DNA from: Basidiobolus meristosporus CBS 931.73
Taxonomy: Eukaryota > Fungi > Basidiobolomycota
NCBI GenBank assembly: GCA_002104905.1
Contig: MCFE01000208.1
Coordinates: 1-64,000 of the forward strand
Length of the DNA: 64,000 nt
Reading direction: 5' to 3'
Under the pieces are notes generated by a model. It was given only the letters and a program-made list of their open reading frames with translations. It was not told where the DNA came from and did no database searches. Below are positions 1 through 10,897 of the stretch, piece after piece (position 1 is the first letter of the stretch; every line of letters starts with the position of its first letter). The position numbers were made by a program, and so were the translations under genes.

Positions 1-1368
1 TTTCTCACCTAAACCTTTCAATTTTGTACTTCAGACTAACTTTACACAATTCATATCAATATCGGATTAGAAACAAGACAAATGTAAAGATCAAGATTCC
101 ACCTGTTGATGATTTTCTCCTTCCTCTTCTCGCATCTATGAAGACACTTATAGCAAATGGGCATATGATAGGGATGTCAGCAAAACAACAGCAAATATCC
201 AAGCTCAGAATTTTTGCTAGACAAAGGAGCTTTTGCAGTTTTAATAATCCCAAATATTTCGACTTCCCCGTATTTTTCTGTCAGCAAAGGAAGTAATGCA
301 AACTTTTCATAGATACTTCTCCCTTCACCTTCGTTCATAACAATTCTTTAGTTGTGATACAATTCATGAGTCTGATTTAATGCCACGAGTGAGTCTAAAC
401 TTCCTGAACCTTATCAATATTTCCAGATCAACCGGAACCACTAGGAAGTCACAGTGAACTCTAAGATTCTCCGCAGGGTAAATGTTGTTTTCAATCTTCC
501 GCGAAAAGATCAATTCAGGAACCATGATATCAAGTCATCCAACTCGACACTAAGCTTTTACTTGCAACGCATTTTAATGAACTCATAGTTTCAGCAGCCC
601 CACAACGGATGATAATGAGGATTATATGGCCAGCTCATTTGAAGGCCATCATGGGTTGATCAACCAATCTGGGGAATGGATTTGAAAGGATAGTAGCCTT
701 GTCGATTCTACTAGAAACACCACTGCATGTGTGTGATCAATGCCATTAAATAACTCGCTAGTTATCGAATCAAGTATTGCACAGCGATTTCCATTGGCAC
801 CGCCAACATTAGTATCTCAACTAACTTTAAGCCAAGATTTACATAGCTTAGATCCATCACATGGCTGAGATTGGGTTTCCAACATCACAGGTCAAATCAT
901 CATCTATTCCAATCTAACAATGGGATTTGTTTAATTGGTCCAGCAAGCTTAAGGAAATTAAGCGATGCTTTATGGCCAAGGAAATTCATTTGAAAAATTG
1001 GTGTCGATTTGACGATTCCTTGCCTTTGATTACTTATCAAAAGCTTAAGGTTTCTCTGTTCGCGACACAAAGGCGGCTTAAATCAAATTCCAACTGTATC
1101 GTTACCTAAAAACCAAGCGTATTTCTTCATTACTAGGGGCAATTCCACCGCCTAGACTCACTTCTAAAGCTTTCCAAATTATAACGAGCTAACTATTGCT
1201 TCTCATCCATCCATCCAATACTTGAATCAATTTAATTCATACTAAAGAATCCCCTGGAGTTTCGTATCTGGGTTGGAAACTTGAGCCGGTGCTTTGAGTT
1301 ACCAAGATAAAAAAATCCTCTTTACCAATTCCGTAGCCAATAACCTTCACAAACCTAAACGACCCGTC

Positions 1369-4300
1369 ATGTCTATCATCACAACTACTAAACGCCATAG
1401 CATATTGAGTAATATCGGTAATTCCACCGGAGGTTCTGACATTGAGGACTCGGGCAGGAACCTAGCCCGCACCGTAACTTTAGCAGCTGCTCAAGGGCTT
1501 CCCGTGAATGATCAAGATTTACCAACTACCTCTGGCGAGCTACGACAGAGTCGCAGATACTCCGTAACTGCCTTGTATTCGATGGCAGCTGAACAAGATG
1601 TAGAGGTGGAAGATGATTTGTCCAAAGGTAAGACTTGGGTGCGTTACCATTTGTATATATATTTGTTAAACTAAGATATTGTCATCTTTCACAAGCCCAA
1701 AAGCGTTTGAGGCAACTCAAAATCAGTATCTCTACCCTATCAAAGAAAAACTTCACTCTCGAAAGAGATGTGCGATACCTAGATGGTCGCATCGCACTAT
1801 TAATCCAAAATCACATGGCTTTAGAAGAAGTGAAGGTAGGCGGTCGATAGGGTGCTGTGTTGGCTCTGCAACTCAACTCAGAAATTCCGAATATATATAT
1901 AGCAAGAGGTTTCTTCGCATCTTTACGATATTGAAGTTACAGAGGGAAGTTATCCAGATGACAGAAAGATGCAGGTAAATCCTACACAACTCGCAATGAC
2001 GACATTAAAGCCCAAAGGGATCTAGTTAACACCGATTTCTGTCTAGCAATACGGAGGGTTGTTTTTTCTTCTGCAGACCGAGCCTCGTCACATTGCCACT
2101 CTTGTTAGACTTGTGAGCTTGAGTGAAATCGACACTCTGCTGCAAACAGTCATGTTTACGTTATATGGCAATCAGTACGAATCCAGAGAGGAGCACCTGT
2201 TGTTGACCATGTTTCAGGTTTCTTCATTTACTCTGCAGCTATCAGTGAGATATCGTTATTAAGGAAATGCTTCTAGTCGGTGTTAGCCAGCCAATTCGAT
2301 AGTGCTACAGACTTTGGAGGGTTACTACGAGCTAATACGCCGGTCTCGCGAATGATGAATACATACACAAGGTAGGTTGAATGAAGGCTAACCTGGCTCT
2401 TGCGCGCATCGGTTAATCCCCACAATGTTGTATCTAGGCGCGGCCCTGGCCAGTCGTACTTGAAAAGTGTTCTCTCTGGCTGTATCAACCAAGTCATAGA
2501 AAACTCCGAGTTGAATTTGGAAATCAATCCGCTCAAAGTGTATGAGCAAATCATCTCTGACATGGAAGACAAAGCGATGGTTGTTAGTTTACCTCGAGGG
2601 ATTTCTGCTGAGGAAGCCCAAGCTAATCCCCAAGTTCAAGAAATCTTGAGACCAAGAATCGGCCAATTGATCGAGATTGCCAACACATTCTTGACAACCA
2701 TCATCAACTCTATTGAACTTGTTCCTTATGGGATTCGGTGGATTTGCAAACAAATCCGCTCTCTCACTAAGGTGTGTAGACGTGTGCTAGTATTGAGCTC
2801 AATGGTCCGAGTGCTAATCTGTTCCTCTAGCGAAAATACCCGGATGCTACCGAAATGAGTATCTGCTCGTTGATCGGTGGATTTTTCTTTCTTCGTTTCA
2901 TCAACCCAGCCATTGTTACGCCCCAGGCCTATATGCTAATTGAGCAAAACCCGTCTAGACACCCCCGACGAACGTTAACTCTGGTAAATAGCCGTCAGCT
3001 GGAGGTGGATTGAGATGCATTAATCTAAGTTGATCAACAGGTGGCAAAAATGCTTCAAAACCTTGCTAATAAGGCTTCGTATGCGAAAGAAGCGTACATG
3101 ATGTCGCTAAACCCGTTTGTAGAGGGTAACAAAGCCAGGATCAATCAATTCTTCAACTCTCTTTGCGAAGTGGGGGATTTTTACGAATCATTAGAAGTAA
3201 GCGCTTCGACATACCACTCACTTGCGGGCAGATATTCAACCTCATTTGAACACTAGATGGATCAATATATGGCGTTGTCGAAAAAGGATCTGTGCCTGAA
3301 TATTACACTAAACGAGTTATATGGCACTCATGCATTGTTGGTCAAGCACCAAGACGTTTTGGTAGGAACAAGTGCTGGATAGATATGACTGACACGTGTT
3401 GTACTGACATGGATTCTTCAGTGTCCAAACAAAAATTCCCATTTGCGCATGTCCCTCGAAGAACTCGGGAATTCCCCATCTCAAGTCCCCCGAAACGCAA
3501 ACTGCTCCATTGAGCTTCCGCTTTTTAGTCGCTGGAAGAACCCATTGACAGGTATGTGACTTGCCAGCCAAACGCTTTGTGATGCCAAAAATGCTTATTA
3601 TCGCTTGAAGATATAGAAAATTCGAGAGAAAACGGCGAAGTCATCAGTCAAAATGATATACTGTATATGGAAGCGAAATCACTTCTCGTACGAATAATCA
3701 GAAGCCTTCCACACCTTGCCTCAAAGCCGATTACATCGCTTTCCGACATCATTGATACCGCTACTGACAGTAAGGACAGCTCATTAGTGAGGAAGGGGAT
3801 TAAAGCCCAAGAGATGTTGACTGAGCTAGTTACGAACGGAGTGATCGACCCAGTAGATAACTTTGCATTGATGACTCAAGAAGTCAACCAGGTACAGTGA
3901 TATTTGACGAGCTTGGATGTGTCGCTGCTTACTCACATATATTCCTTCAGGAATTGGTACACCTGGGAAATACTCGCGATCAAGTTCTGATTGAGATGGA
4001 ATCACTTGAAGGTGTCTACAAGACCATATGCGACCATAATAACTACCTTCGAATGCAACTAGAATCATACAAGGCGTATTTACAAAACGTCCGGATGCAC
4101 TCCGGGGGAAAGAAAGAAAAGACCCACCACACCTCTGGACCCCTAAAGTTTTCCCACCATCAGCTTGAACGTGATGGTGTTATCTTTGAATGCAATGTTC
4201 CGGAGTCAAGGTTGGTTTTATTTCCCCCTCCCAAATGCACAGACTTTTCTAATACAAGCCGTACGATTTTAGAAGGAACAATATTTTCTTTAACATCGTG

Positions 4301-4614
4301 TCGCCCATCCCTGGAACTTTTGTTATATCATTACATTATAAAGGTACGTTGGACGATAGATTCTCGGGTCTTCGTATCGACATACTCACGCTAGGTTTAC
4401 AGGTCGGGAAAAGCCGATTTTGGAGATGGATCTCAAACTCGATGATCTATTGGAGAAGGTACGTGCTACAGTGGTTTTGTCCTCTCCACAGGCCGAACTA
4501 ACCTTGCGCTCATATTAGCAACAAGATAATGTCCAACTGCTAGATCTTGAATACGTTCAACTGAACGTTGTTAGACTGCTTCATCTCTTAAACAAGTATT
4601 TCAACAAACGATAA
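1369..4614 (+). CDS. gap1: Ras GTPase-activating protein, S. pombe Gap1/Sar1-like (RasGAP + RasGAP_C); multi-exon
   Basis: Spliced reading gives [10 protein letters not shown]...[25 protein letters not shown]...[20 protein letters not shown]...[19 protein letters not shown]...[10 protein letters not shown]...[16 protein letters not shown] (RasGAP FLR signature)...KMLQNLANK...[17 protein letters not shown]. Many GT-AG introns join the fragment ORFs 1294-1674, 2059-2262, 2400-2858, 3041-3256, 3667-3900 and 3897-4394. Confidence 0.92.
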
Positions 4615-5349
4615 TACTTGCGTTGCGGTTTAAGTTTACCACGTTTTTCTAATACTGAGGATTCCATGCGTGCTTTCCACACCTTTAATACCATATTTTC
4701 CGTATTGTACCTTTTCATTAATACTTTCTCTATAAATCAAATATACGCTTCCATGAAAGATGTCTTTGAAGGGCTGTTCCACGTGACGTGTACGCCTGAT
4801 TACCTGCTATTTATTGTTTGTGATGATCCTTCAGATCATGCATGCCGACTAAACACAAACGCTACATCACCTAGGGCATCCCTAAGTGCTTGTGCTTAGA
4901 TCACAGCATTTGCTATGTTTAGGGCATCCCAGTTTTATAATATCAAGCATATTTATATATGTGAATTATCTGGTTTCTCATCTGTTGGTAATCTGTGCAC
5001 GTACCAGTTACGCCTGCAGACTGCTCCTCGTTGTGCTGCACCAATAGAAGGCGGTGGTTGTGAACAAAGCGGTCACACATGGAACGCTAATGCATGTAAG
5101 TATTTAGTTGGTGAGGGATGTGGCGCATACGCTTAAGCACGTTCCAGGTGTGGTTTACCCTTAATACATAAAAAAACAAATGCAGGTGAATTTAGGTTTG
5201 ACTATACACTAGTCAAACAAGGTTTGAAATTGATACTACTGGGTTACCCAATAGTATTGAGTGTCATCAGTATTTATATGGAGGGAGGGATACTGATACA
5301 ATGTGGCTCAACCATCCTACATCCTCTCAATCACCACTTCGCTTCTGCA

Positions 5350-5733
5350 ATGAAACAATTCGCATTCGTCGCTTTGGTCATTGCTGCCTTTGGCTTTAAT
5401 GAAGTAGCTTCAAGTCCGTTCTTCTTCGGGAAGGGTATTTTCGGCGGAGGTGGTGGCGGCGGTGGTAACGAAGGCGGAGGAGGAGGTGGAAGTGGAGGTG
5501 GTGGTGGTGGTACCAGAGTTGTGTATTGTCCAGGTCCTGAATGCCCATTCAACAATAATGGATATCCTGGTGGCTCGTATGGTCCAGGTGTTACTGTCTT
5601 TAACAACAATGGTGGTGGTGGTGGAAACAGCGGCAATGGTGGTGGTAGTGGTGGTGGTGGTAGCGGTGGTGGTAGTTCAAATACTGTTGATGGCGATCCT
5701 ATTGTCTCTTACCTCATGAGCCCCCACACGTAG
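5350..5733 (+). CDS. Secreted glycine-rich protein G1 (127 aa, intronless)
   Basis: ATG 5350 gives a signal-peptide-like MKQFAFVALVIAAFGFNEVASS, then PFFFGKG, poly-Gly, a TRVVYCPGPECP two-Cys motif and Gly/Asn/Ser runs. AATAAA elements lie downstream. Confidence 0.85.
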   Translation: MKQFAFVALVIAAFGFNEVASSPFFFGKGIFGGGGGGGGNEGGGGGGSGGGGGGTRVVYCPGPECPFNNNGYPGGSYGPGVTVFNNNGGGGGNSGNGGGSGGGGSGGGSSNTVDGDPIVSYLMSPHT

Positions 5734-6124
5734 GAGCATGTTGCTCTATTACTATACAAGCTATCTTTGGTGACAAATACAATAAAATCCTATTGAATAG
5801 TGAAGAATAAACCACCATTGTTTCTTTATGTTTAAGCTAGGATAGCTATTTGAAAAAAATGGGCCTTAATATGAAGGATCACAAGATAAGTTGAATAACT
5901 GGTATTTTTCAATTGCACTGCGATATATTCGTATAGGGAAAGACCGGGAATTGCATGGAATCACAACTGTCCGTTACATCACCAGAATGCCTGTCTGGCT
6001 GCAGAGAATTTTGAAACACCGTCATATATCTCCTGATATTTACATTTTTTTCGTCATTGTGTCAGAAATTTACAAGGGATGAAACATTGGCGTGACTGTT
6101 GGAAAATGCTCGCATATGTTCACC

Positions 6125-6131
6125 TATAAAA
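6125..6131 (+). promoter_or_regulatory. TATA box of G2
   Basis: TATAAAA 105 nt upstream of ATG 6230; equivalent spacing in G3 (101 nt) and G4 (105 nt). Confidence 0.6.
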
Positions 6132-6229
6132 ATGTACTTAAGAGACAATGTCTCGATACTCGTGGACACGCCACTAGCTCCTCCTTCGCCTTTTCCGCCC
6201 ACCTTACCAAACGCCCGCTACTAGGTATA

Positions 6230-6925
6230 ATGAAGAGTCTTATCTGCTTAGTAATTGGTGCGACAGCCCTGAACCTTGTCTCTGCTATTCCTAATCCGGA
6301 GCCTATCTTTGGCCTCTTTGGACACAAGGGTGGTCTTTTTGGTGGCGGCGGCGGTGGGGGTGGTGATGGAGGTGGCAATGGGAATGGTAATGGTGGTGGT
6401 GATGGTGGTGGTGGTGGTGGACAGACAATTGTTGTAGTCAATGGTTGTGGTCCAGGAGGACGCGGTAAATGCCCAGGTGGATGGTCAGGAGGATTTGGCG
6501 GATGGAACGGAGGTCCAGGTGGTGGCTTTGGGGGTCCCGGTGGTGGCTTTGGTGGCCCTGGTGGTGGCTTTGGAGGTCCCGGTGGTGGCTTTGGGGGTTC
6601 AGGGGGTCGTGGAGGAGGACCAGGGGGTCCTGGTGGTGGCTTTGGGGGTTCAGGGGGTCGTGGAGGAGGACCAGGGGGTCCTGGTGGTGGCTTTGGGGGT
6701 TCAGGGGGTCGTGGAGGAGGACCAGGGGGTTCCGGTAGTGGCTTTGGGGGTCCAGGGGGTCCTGATGGTGGCTATGGCGGTCCCGGTGGCCCTGGTGGAA
6801 GTTCTGGCGGGGATCCCAGTGGACCACCTACTGGGGGCTCGGATGGATCGGGCGGAGGGCCTGCTAACACCAGTCCAATGACAAATGATTACGGCAAGGG
6901 TGATTCTGCTACAATTCCATGGTAA
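6230..6925 (+). CDS. Secreted glycine-rich protein G2 (231 aa, intronless)
   Basis: Signal peptide MKSLICLVIGATALNLVSA, then IPNPEP, IFGLFGHK, poly-Gly, TIVVVNGCGPGGRGKCP, GGFGGPG repeats, ending DYGKGDSATIPW*. Confidence 0.9.
   Translation: MKSLICLVIGATALNLVSAIPNPEPIFGLFGHKGGLFGGGGGGGGDGGGNGNGNGGGDGGGGGGQTIVVVNGCGPGGRGKCPGGWSGGFGGWNGGPGGGFGGPGGGFGGPGGGFGGPGGGFGGSGGRGGGPGGPGGGFGGSGGRGGGPGGPGGGFGGSGGRGGGPGGSGSGFGGPGGPDGGYGGPGGPGGSSGGDPSGPPTGGSDGSGGGPANTSPMTNDYGKGDSATIPW
6518..6733 (+). repeat. Coding tandem repeats in G2: 3 x 21 bp (GGFGGPG) followed by 3 x 51 bp (GGFGGSGGRGGGPGGPG)
   Basis: The 51-bp unit ggtggtggctttgggggttcagggggtcgtggaggaggaccagggggtcct is exact at 6581 and 6632 and near-exact at 6683. 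Confidence 0.9.
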
Positions 6926-7424
6926 ACTCGCATCCAGGGATCTTATCCGATGTTCAGGAATATAGTGGTATTCTACTGTCAGTGTGATATTCATCATTTC
7001 TGTAGTAATACAGCAGTGTCTGGCATGTCAGTATCTTACATTTCCTCTCCCTTTGCTTTGTTCAATAAACTCAAATGCAGCAATATTGATATTTTAAATT
7101 TGTCTTTACGCTGCTGTAATGTCTATAATTCAGTTCTTTCTGAGTGGGTTCATAAAGCCACGTGCTACTGTTGGAATTCTAAGCAACTACTGAAACATAT
7201 ATGTGATGCGATAGCGAATTATTGCCTAGGTTAGCATATCCTTGAAAGCAAAAAATCATGGCAATCCGAGAGATTTAGTGTCAATCAACATCAATCTCTA
7301 TTCATTTGTTTCATCCTTGATTGTACGTCATTTTGAAACGATGTCACATAGTGCACTAATATGCATCAACGTAGCCTAAAGGGATGACACAAACCATGTT
7401 TGGAAACGTGACCCAAATGCTGTC

Positions 7425-7431
7425 TATAAAT
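7425..7431 (+). promoter_or_regulatory. TATA box of G3
   Basis: TATAAAT 101 nt upstream of ATG 7526. Confidence 0.6.
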
Positions 7432-7525
7432 ATAGAGTAGCTAGACATGAGTAAGTCACTCGTGGACCTTCCACTATTTCATCCTCTCCTTCCATTCACC
7501 CTACCGACACCAGCTACTAGGTATA

Positions 7526-7948
7526 ATGAAGAGCCTTATCTGCTTAGTGATTGGTGCTACAGCTTTGACCTTGGCTTCTGCTGCCCCTAATCCTGAGCCT
7601 ATCTTCGAGCTGTTTGGTAAGGGGGGAGGAGGAGGTGACGCTACTCCTCCTCCTCCTCCTCCTCCTCCTAACCCAACCATTGTAGTAGTAAACGGTTGTG
7701 GTCCAGGTGGACGTGGCAGATGTCCAGGTGGATGGAGAGGAGGATACGGTGGATGGAACGGCGGTGGCTATGGTGGATGGAACGGTGGCTATGGTGGATG
7801 GAATGGCGGCTCTGGTGGATGGAATGGCGGCTCTGGTGGATGGAATGGCGGCTCTGGTGGATGGAGTGGTGGCTATGGCGGATGGAATGGTGGCGGCCCT
7901 GGTGGTTATGACGATTATGGCAAAGGTGGTCACGGAGTAGCCTGGTAA
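7526..7948 (+). CDS. Secreted glycine-rich protein G3 (140 aa, intronless), paralog of G2
   Basis: MKSLICLVIGATALTLASA-APNPEP-IFELFGK, poly-Gly, Pro8, TIVVVNGCGPGGRGRCP, GGWNGG(Y/S) repeats, ending DDYGKGGHGVAW*. It shares gctactaggtataATGaagag start context with G2. Confidence 0.9.
   Translation: MKSLICLVIGATALTLASAAPNPEPIFELFGKGGGGGDATPPPPPPPPNPTIVVVNGCGPGGRGRCPGGWRGGYGGWNGGGYGGWNGGYGGWNGGSGGWNGGSGGWNGGSGGWSGGYGGWNGGGPGGYDDYGKGGHGVAW
7772..7894 (+). repeat. Coding 21-bp tandem repeat in G3 (GGWNGGS/Y, about 6 units)
   Basis: ggtggatggaatggcggctct is exact at 7793, 7814 and 7835, with variant units on each side. Confidence 0.9.
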
Positions 7949-8380
7949 ACTGATCTCAGCTCAACTCTACTGCTCCTTTCTTTGCATTGGGTCCCTCTTA
8001 ACCACAAAGAGTCAATCACGCAGTAAAGACAGAAATTACTCAGTTCTCTGGGTTTCCTGTATTATTGATTTGAAATGCAATAAACCATTGTTATGGAAGA
8101 TTTGGGTTTTTGAAATTATATATTTTCAATACTGCTTAAAAATATCTGATGATGGAATAGAAAGCAAGCATTCAGCTATGGGCCTATTACCGTCTCTTCC
8201 ATGATACAAATTAACATGTAACGCAACCGTAAATAGAAGGGAATGAATCTCTGTTATTTCAATTCGTAAAATGTCTATCCATAGCTGATATCTCTAGAGA
8301 CACATTTGGCACAATCTGTGACATCTTTAAACAAATGAAACGTATTTGCACACGTTTTCAAACACCGATAGGCGAGTATC

Positions 8381-8387
8381 TATATAA
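8381..8387 (+). promoter_or_regulatory. TATA box of G4
   Basis: TATATAA 105 nt upstream of ATG 8486. Confidence 0.55.
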
Positions 8388-8485
8388 GGACACCTCTTGT
8401 GGTCGAGAAATATGTTCGTGAACCTCCCAACATCTTCTTCTTCACATCCCCTTCCATTTGCACCACAAAGGACAAGCTACACGGT

Positions 8486-8776
8486 ATGATGAAGAGTTTT
8501 CTCTGCTTAATAATTGGTGTGGCTACCCTGAACCTCACTCTGGGAGCACCAAGCCCAAACCCAATGTATTTTGGTAATGATGAGGACGCCATTGGAAAAT
8601 GGGATTATGATAGTCCTGGTGGGTTCTATGGGGGTGGAGTAGAGGGTTGGTATGGAAGTGGACCAGGAGGATGGTATCGAGGTGACTCAACAGGATGGCA
8701 TGGAGGTGGCTTGGGCGATTGGGATGATGCTTGGAGAGGATATGGTGGTGGCCCAGAGGCGTTTTATGGTTTATAA
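8486..8776 (+). CDS. Secreted Gly/Trp/Tyr/Asp-rich protein G4 (96 aa, intronless), divergent paralog of G2/G3
   Basis: MMKSFLCLIIGVATLNLTLG-APSPNP-MYFG, then ~8-residue xGW(Y/H)GxG units. The signal peptide is clearly homologous to G2/G3. Confidence 0.85.
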   Translation: MMKSFLCLIIGVATLNLTLGAPSPNPMYFGNDEDAIGKWDYDSPGGFYGGGVEGWYGSGPGGWYRGDSTGWHGGGLGDWDDAWRGYGGGPEAFYGL

Positions 8777-9975
8777 ACACAGCTACCTGTTTGAGTACTT
8801 CACCTGCCCAGTAGAGCAATTTATACTTATTGTAATGTCACTCGAAAATAAAGTACTCATTGTTAGTAACATCAAAAGAAACCAATGCTATCATTAGAAA
8901 CATATGTAATCTATATAGTAATCCACTTTGGGACCTCAATATGGCATTCTAATTTAATATATTTAAAATATTTCAGCACAACAGAGTATATGAGCTGCAT
9001 CAGATTAAATATCAATATTCTGAAGCTACAAGGCTCAAATTTTATATAAAATTCATTGGTACGTCTGTGTAGATCACTTCATCCTTGTTATCGTTTCAGT
9101 AAAGGATATTCACAATCTCATATAACTTCACCACGTTATACCCTCATATATCATTTTCTATTTGATCATCTTCAAACCTAAATCTTACAACATATGGGGT
9201 AAATGCGAGAAGTCAGATCATGAAACATCATCTAGAGGATTTTACAAGCAACTTCAAGTACCTTTCAGAGAAGATAATTTCCCCAGATTAGTATTTTAAC
9301 TCAAAAACCGATAATGACAAAGAGGGTACTAATAATTTGGTGAAATTGGTACTTGATAAGAAAATTTTCGTATTTGTATGTAATTACATTTACATCTAAG
9401 CTCAGATATTTGTACAAGTTGTTAGTGTATATCTCGAGCTATAAGCACATCTAAAATTTATCAATTCTGAATAATCAGTGAACGGATCTCAAAAATAGTT
9501 CAAATTATTCAATGACCCCAGATTCCACAAATCTCTATACTCCTTGATAACACACTTGATTTTACAGTTTTGTATAGCTCCACAACTATCACGGCCATAT
9601 TTCAACGCAAAACTTCTGTAAGTGGAATCCCACTTCCACTCCTATATCACTAAATAATCTCCAGGCACCAATTTTATGTGCTTCAGGCTATATATGGCTA
9701 TTGCTGTCTTGAAAAGTACAAATGCTGCGGATCAAATTGGTGAGCCAAATGGAATCCGGGTAGTCTGACATTATACTCGCAACAGCTAACTCATTTTCTG
9801 GGAAAACAATAATAGGATACATGTAGAAATCAGTAATACAGCAACCCACCTAAAGTTGATGATTGCATATTTTGTGAAGTGGTTGGGATTCTACTCAGCC
9901 TGAAGATCGTAATATTTCCAACGAATTTGAAGAATAATCAAGCACCTCTTAACCATTAAACCGACAAATCTCAAC

Positions 9976-10897
9976 ACTGCTTTAATGGTACTTCTCAGAA
10001 ATCATTTCCATACATTGTGATATGACAAGGCAGCAGTAGTAATAATCTAGCCAATGCAATTCGGCTGATTTCCTCAGTGCACACACTCACAAACACACAC
10101 ACACACACACACACCCAGCACCAAAAATAGTTACAATGCTCCCACCACAATACGCACCATTGCCATTGATTCTTCTTTAGGCGAGATGCATGGATGTGGT
10201 TTAGAAAGTCGTTCAATGTCCACGTCATCTCAGTGGAGTGTGCAGATGAAGCACATCAACCATGTACCTTCTCCGAAACATCATGGCTTTTGGTGCTTAG
10301 TGTCAGGCACTGGGTGCTGGGTGCATGGTGGTGGGTGCTGGGTGCTAGCTCTCACCCAGTCGGACACACCAAATCACCACCCCATTGGTCTCGTGTCAGG
10401 TTACACAGCTGCTGCACCGGTGGATACGAAGCTTGGCACATGAGGCATCCCATCCACCACCATTCTCATCCTCATGATCAACTTCCCTTGCTAAATCGGT
10501 CGTTTCACACTACCCTTGTCACAAGTCCGACACTGATGACCTTGGTGATTGGCAGCGGAGTTGAGCCAACCCTGATGTGCAGGTGAGGTCGCGGGGTGAG
10601 ACAGGGTGTGGGAACGGAGTAGTGCAGTGCTGGAGGCGTACTGAGCAGAGTCATTAGTTGACCTGGCCGAGTGGCTCAACTCCACTGGCTCGGTGTCCCA
10701 GCCTTGCACCAAGCCACTGAGCTCCTTCACTTCCATCCTAGTCGCCTCATCAACACCACCGGCCACTCCAACTCCCACTTCCATTGTCCCTGTAGGCTCT
10801 CATATCTGCCTGGTCAGCCTATCGCCATCAGTATTATATCAGGGTACTCGATTTTTCTCACCCAGAGGGAACGAGAGCAAGAGGGAGAGAGAGGGTG
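9976..10897 (+). repeat. Inverted repeat arm A (922 bp), non-coding and microsatellite-rich; possibly a non-autonomous mobile element fragment
   Basis: Reverse complement of 17957-18933. By-eye alignment: 10 substitutions plus length differences in (AC)n (11 vs 14 units), TGGGTGC heptamers (5 vs 4) and the GA run (13 vs 69 nt). Confidence 0.95.

Noticed and set aside
1-1290. Short ORFs upstream of the RasGAP gene
   Set aside because: No recognisable motif in any frame I translated; many stops.
6518-7894. Short tandem repeats as a possible CRISPR array
   Set aside because: No unique spacers, units are multiples of 3 inside ORFs, no cas genes, and the context is eukaryotic.
5331-7940. Antisense and alternative-frame ORFs (poly-Pro, His/Gln-rich, Val-rich, Trp/Arg-rich) over G1-G3
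   Set aside because: Shadows of GGN codon runs, which lack stops in other frames; only the signal-peptide frames have start context and TATA boxes.
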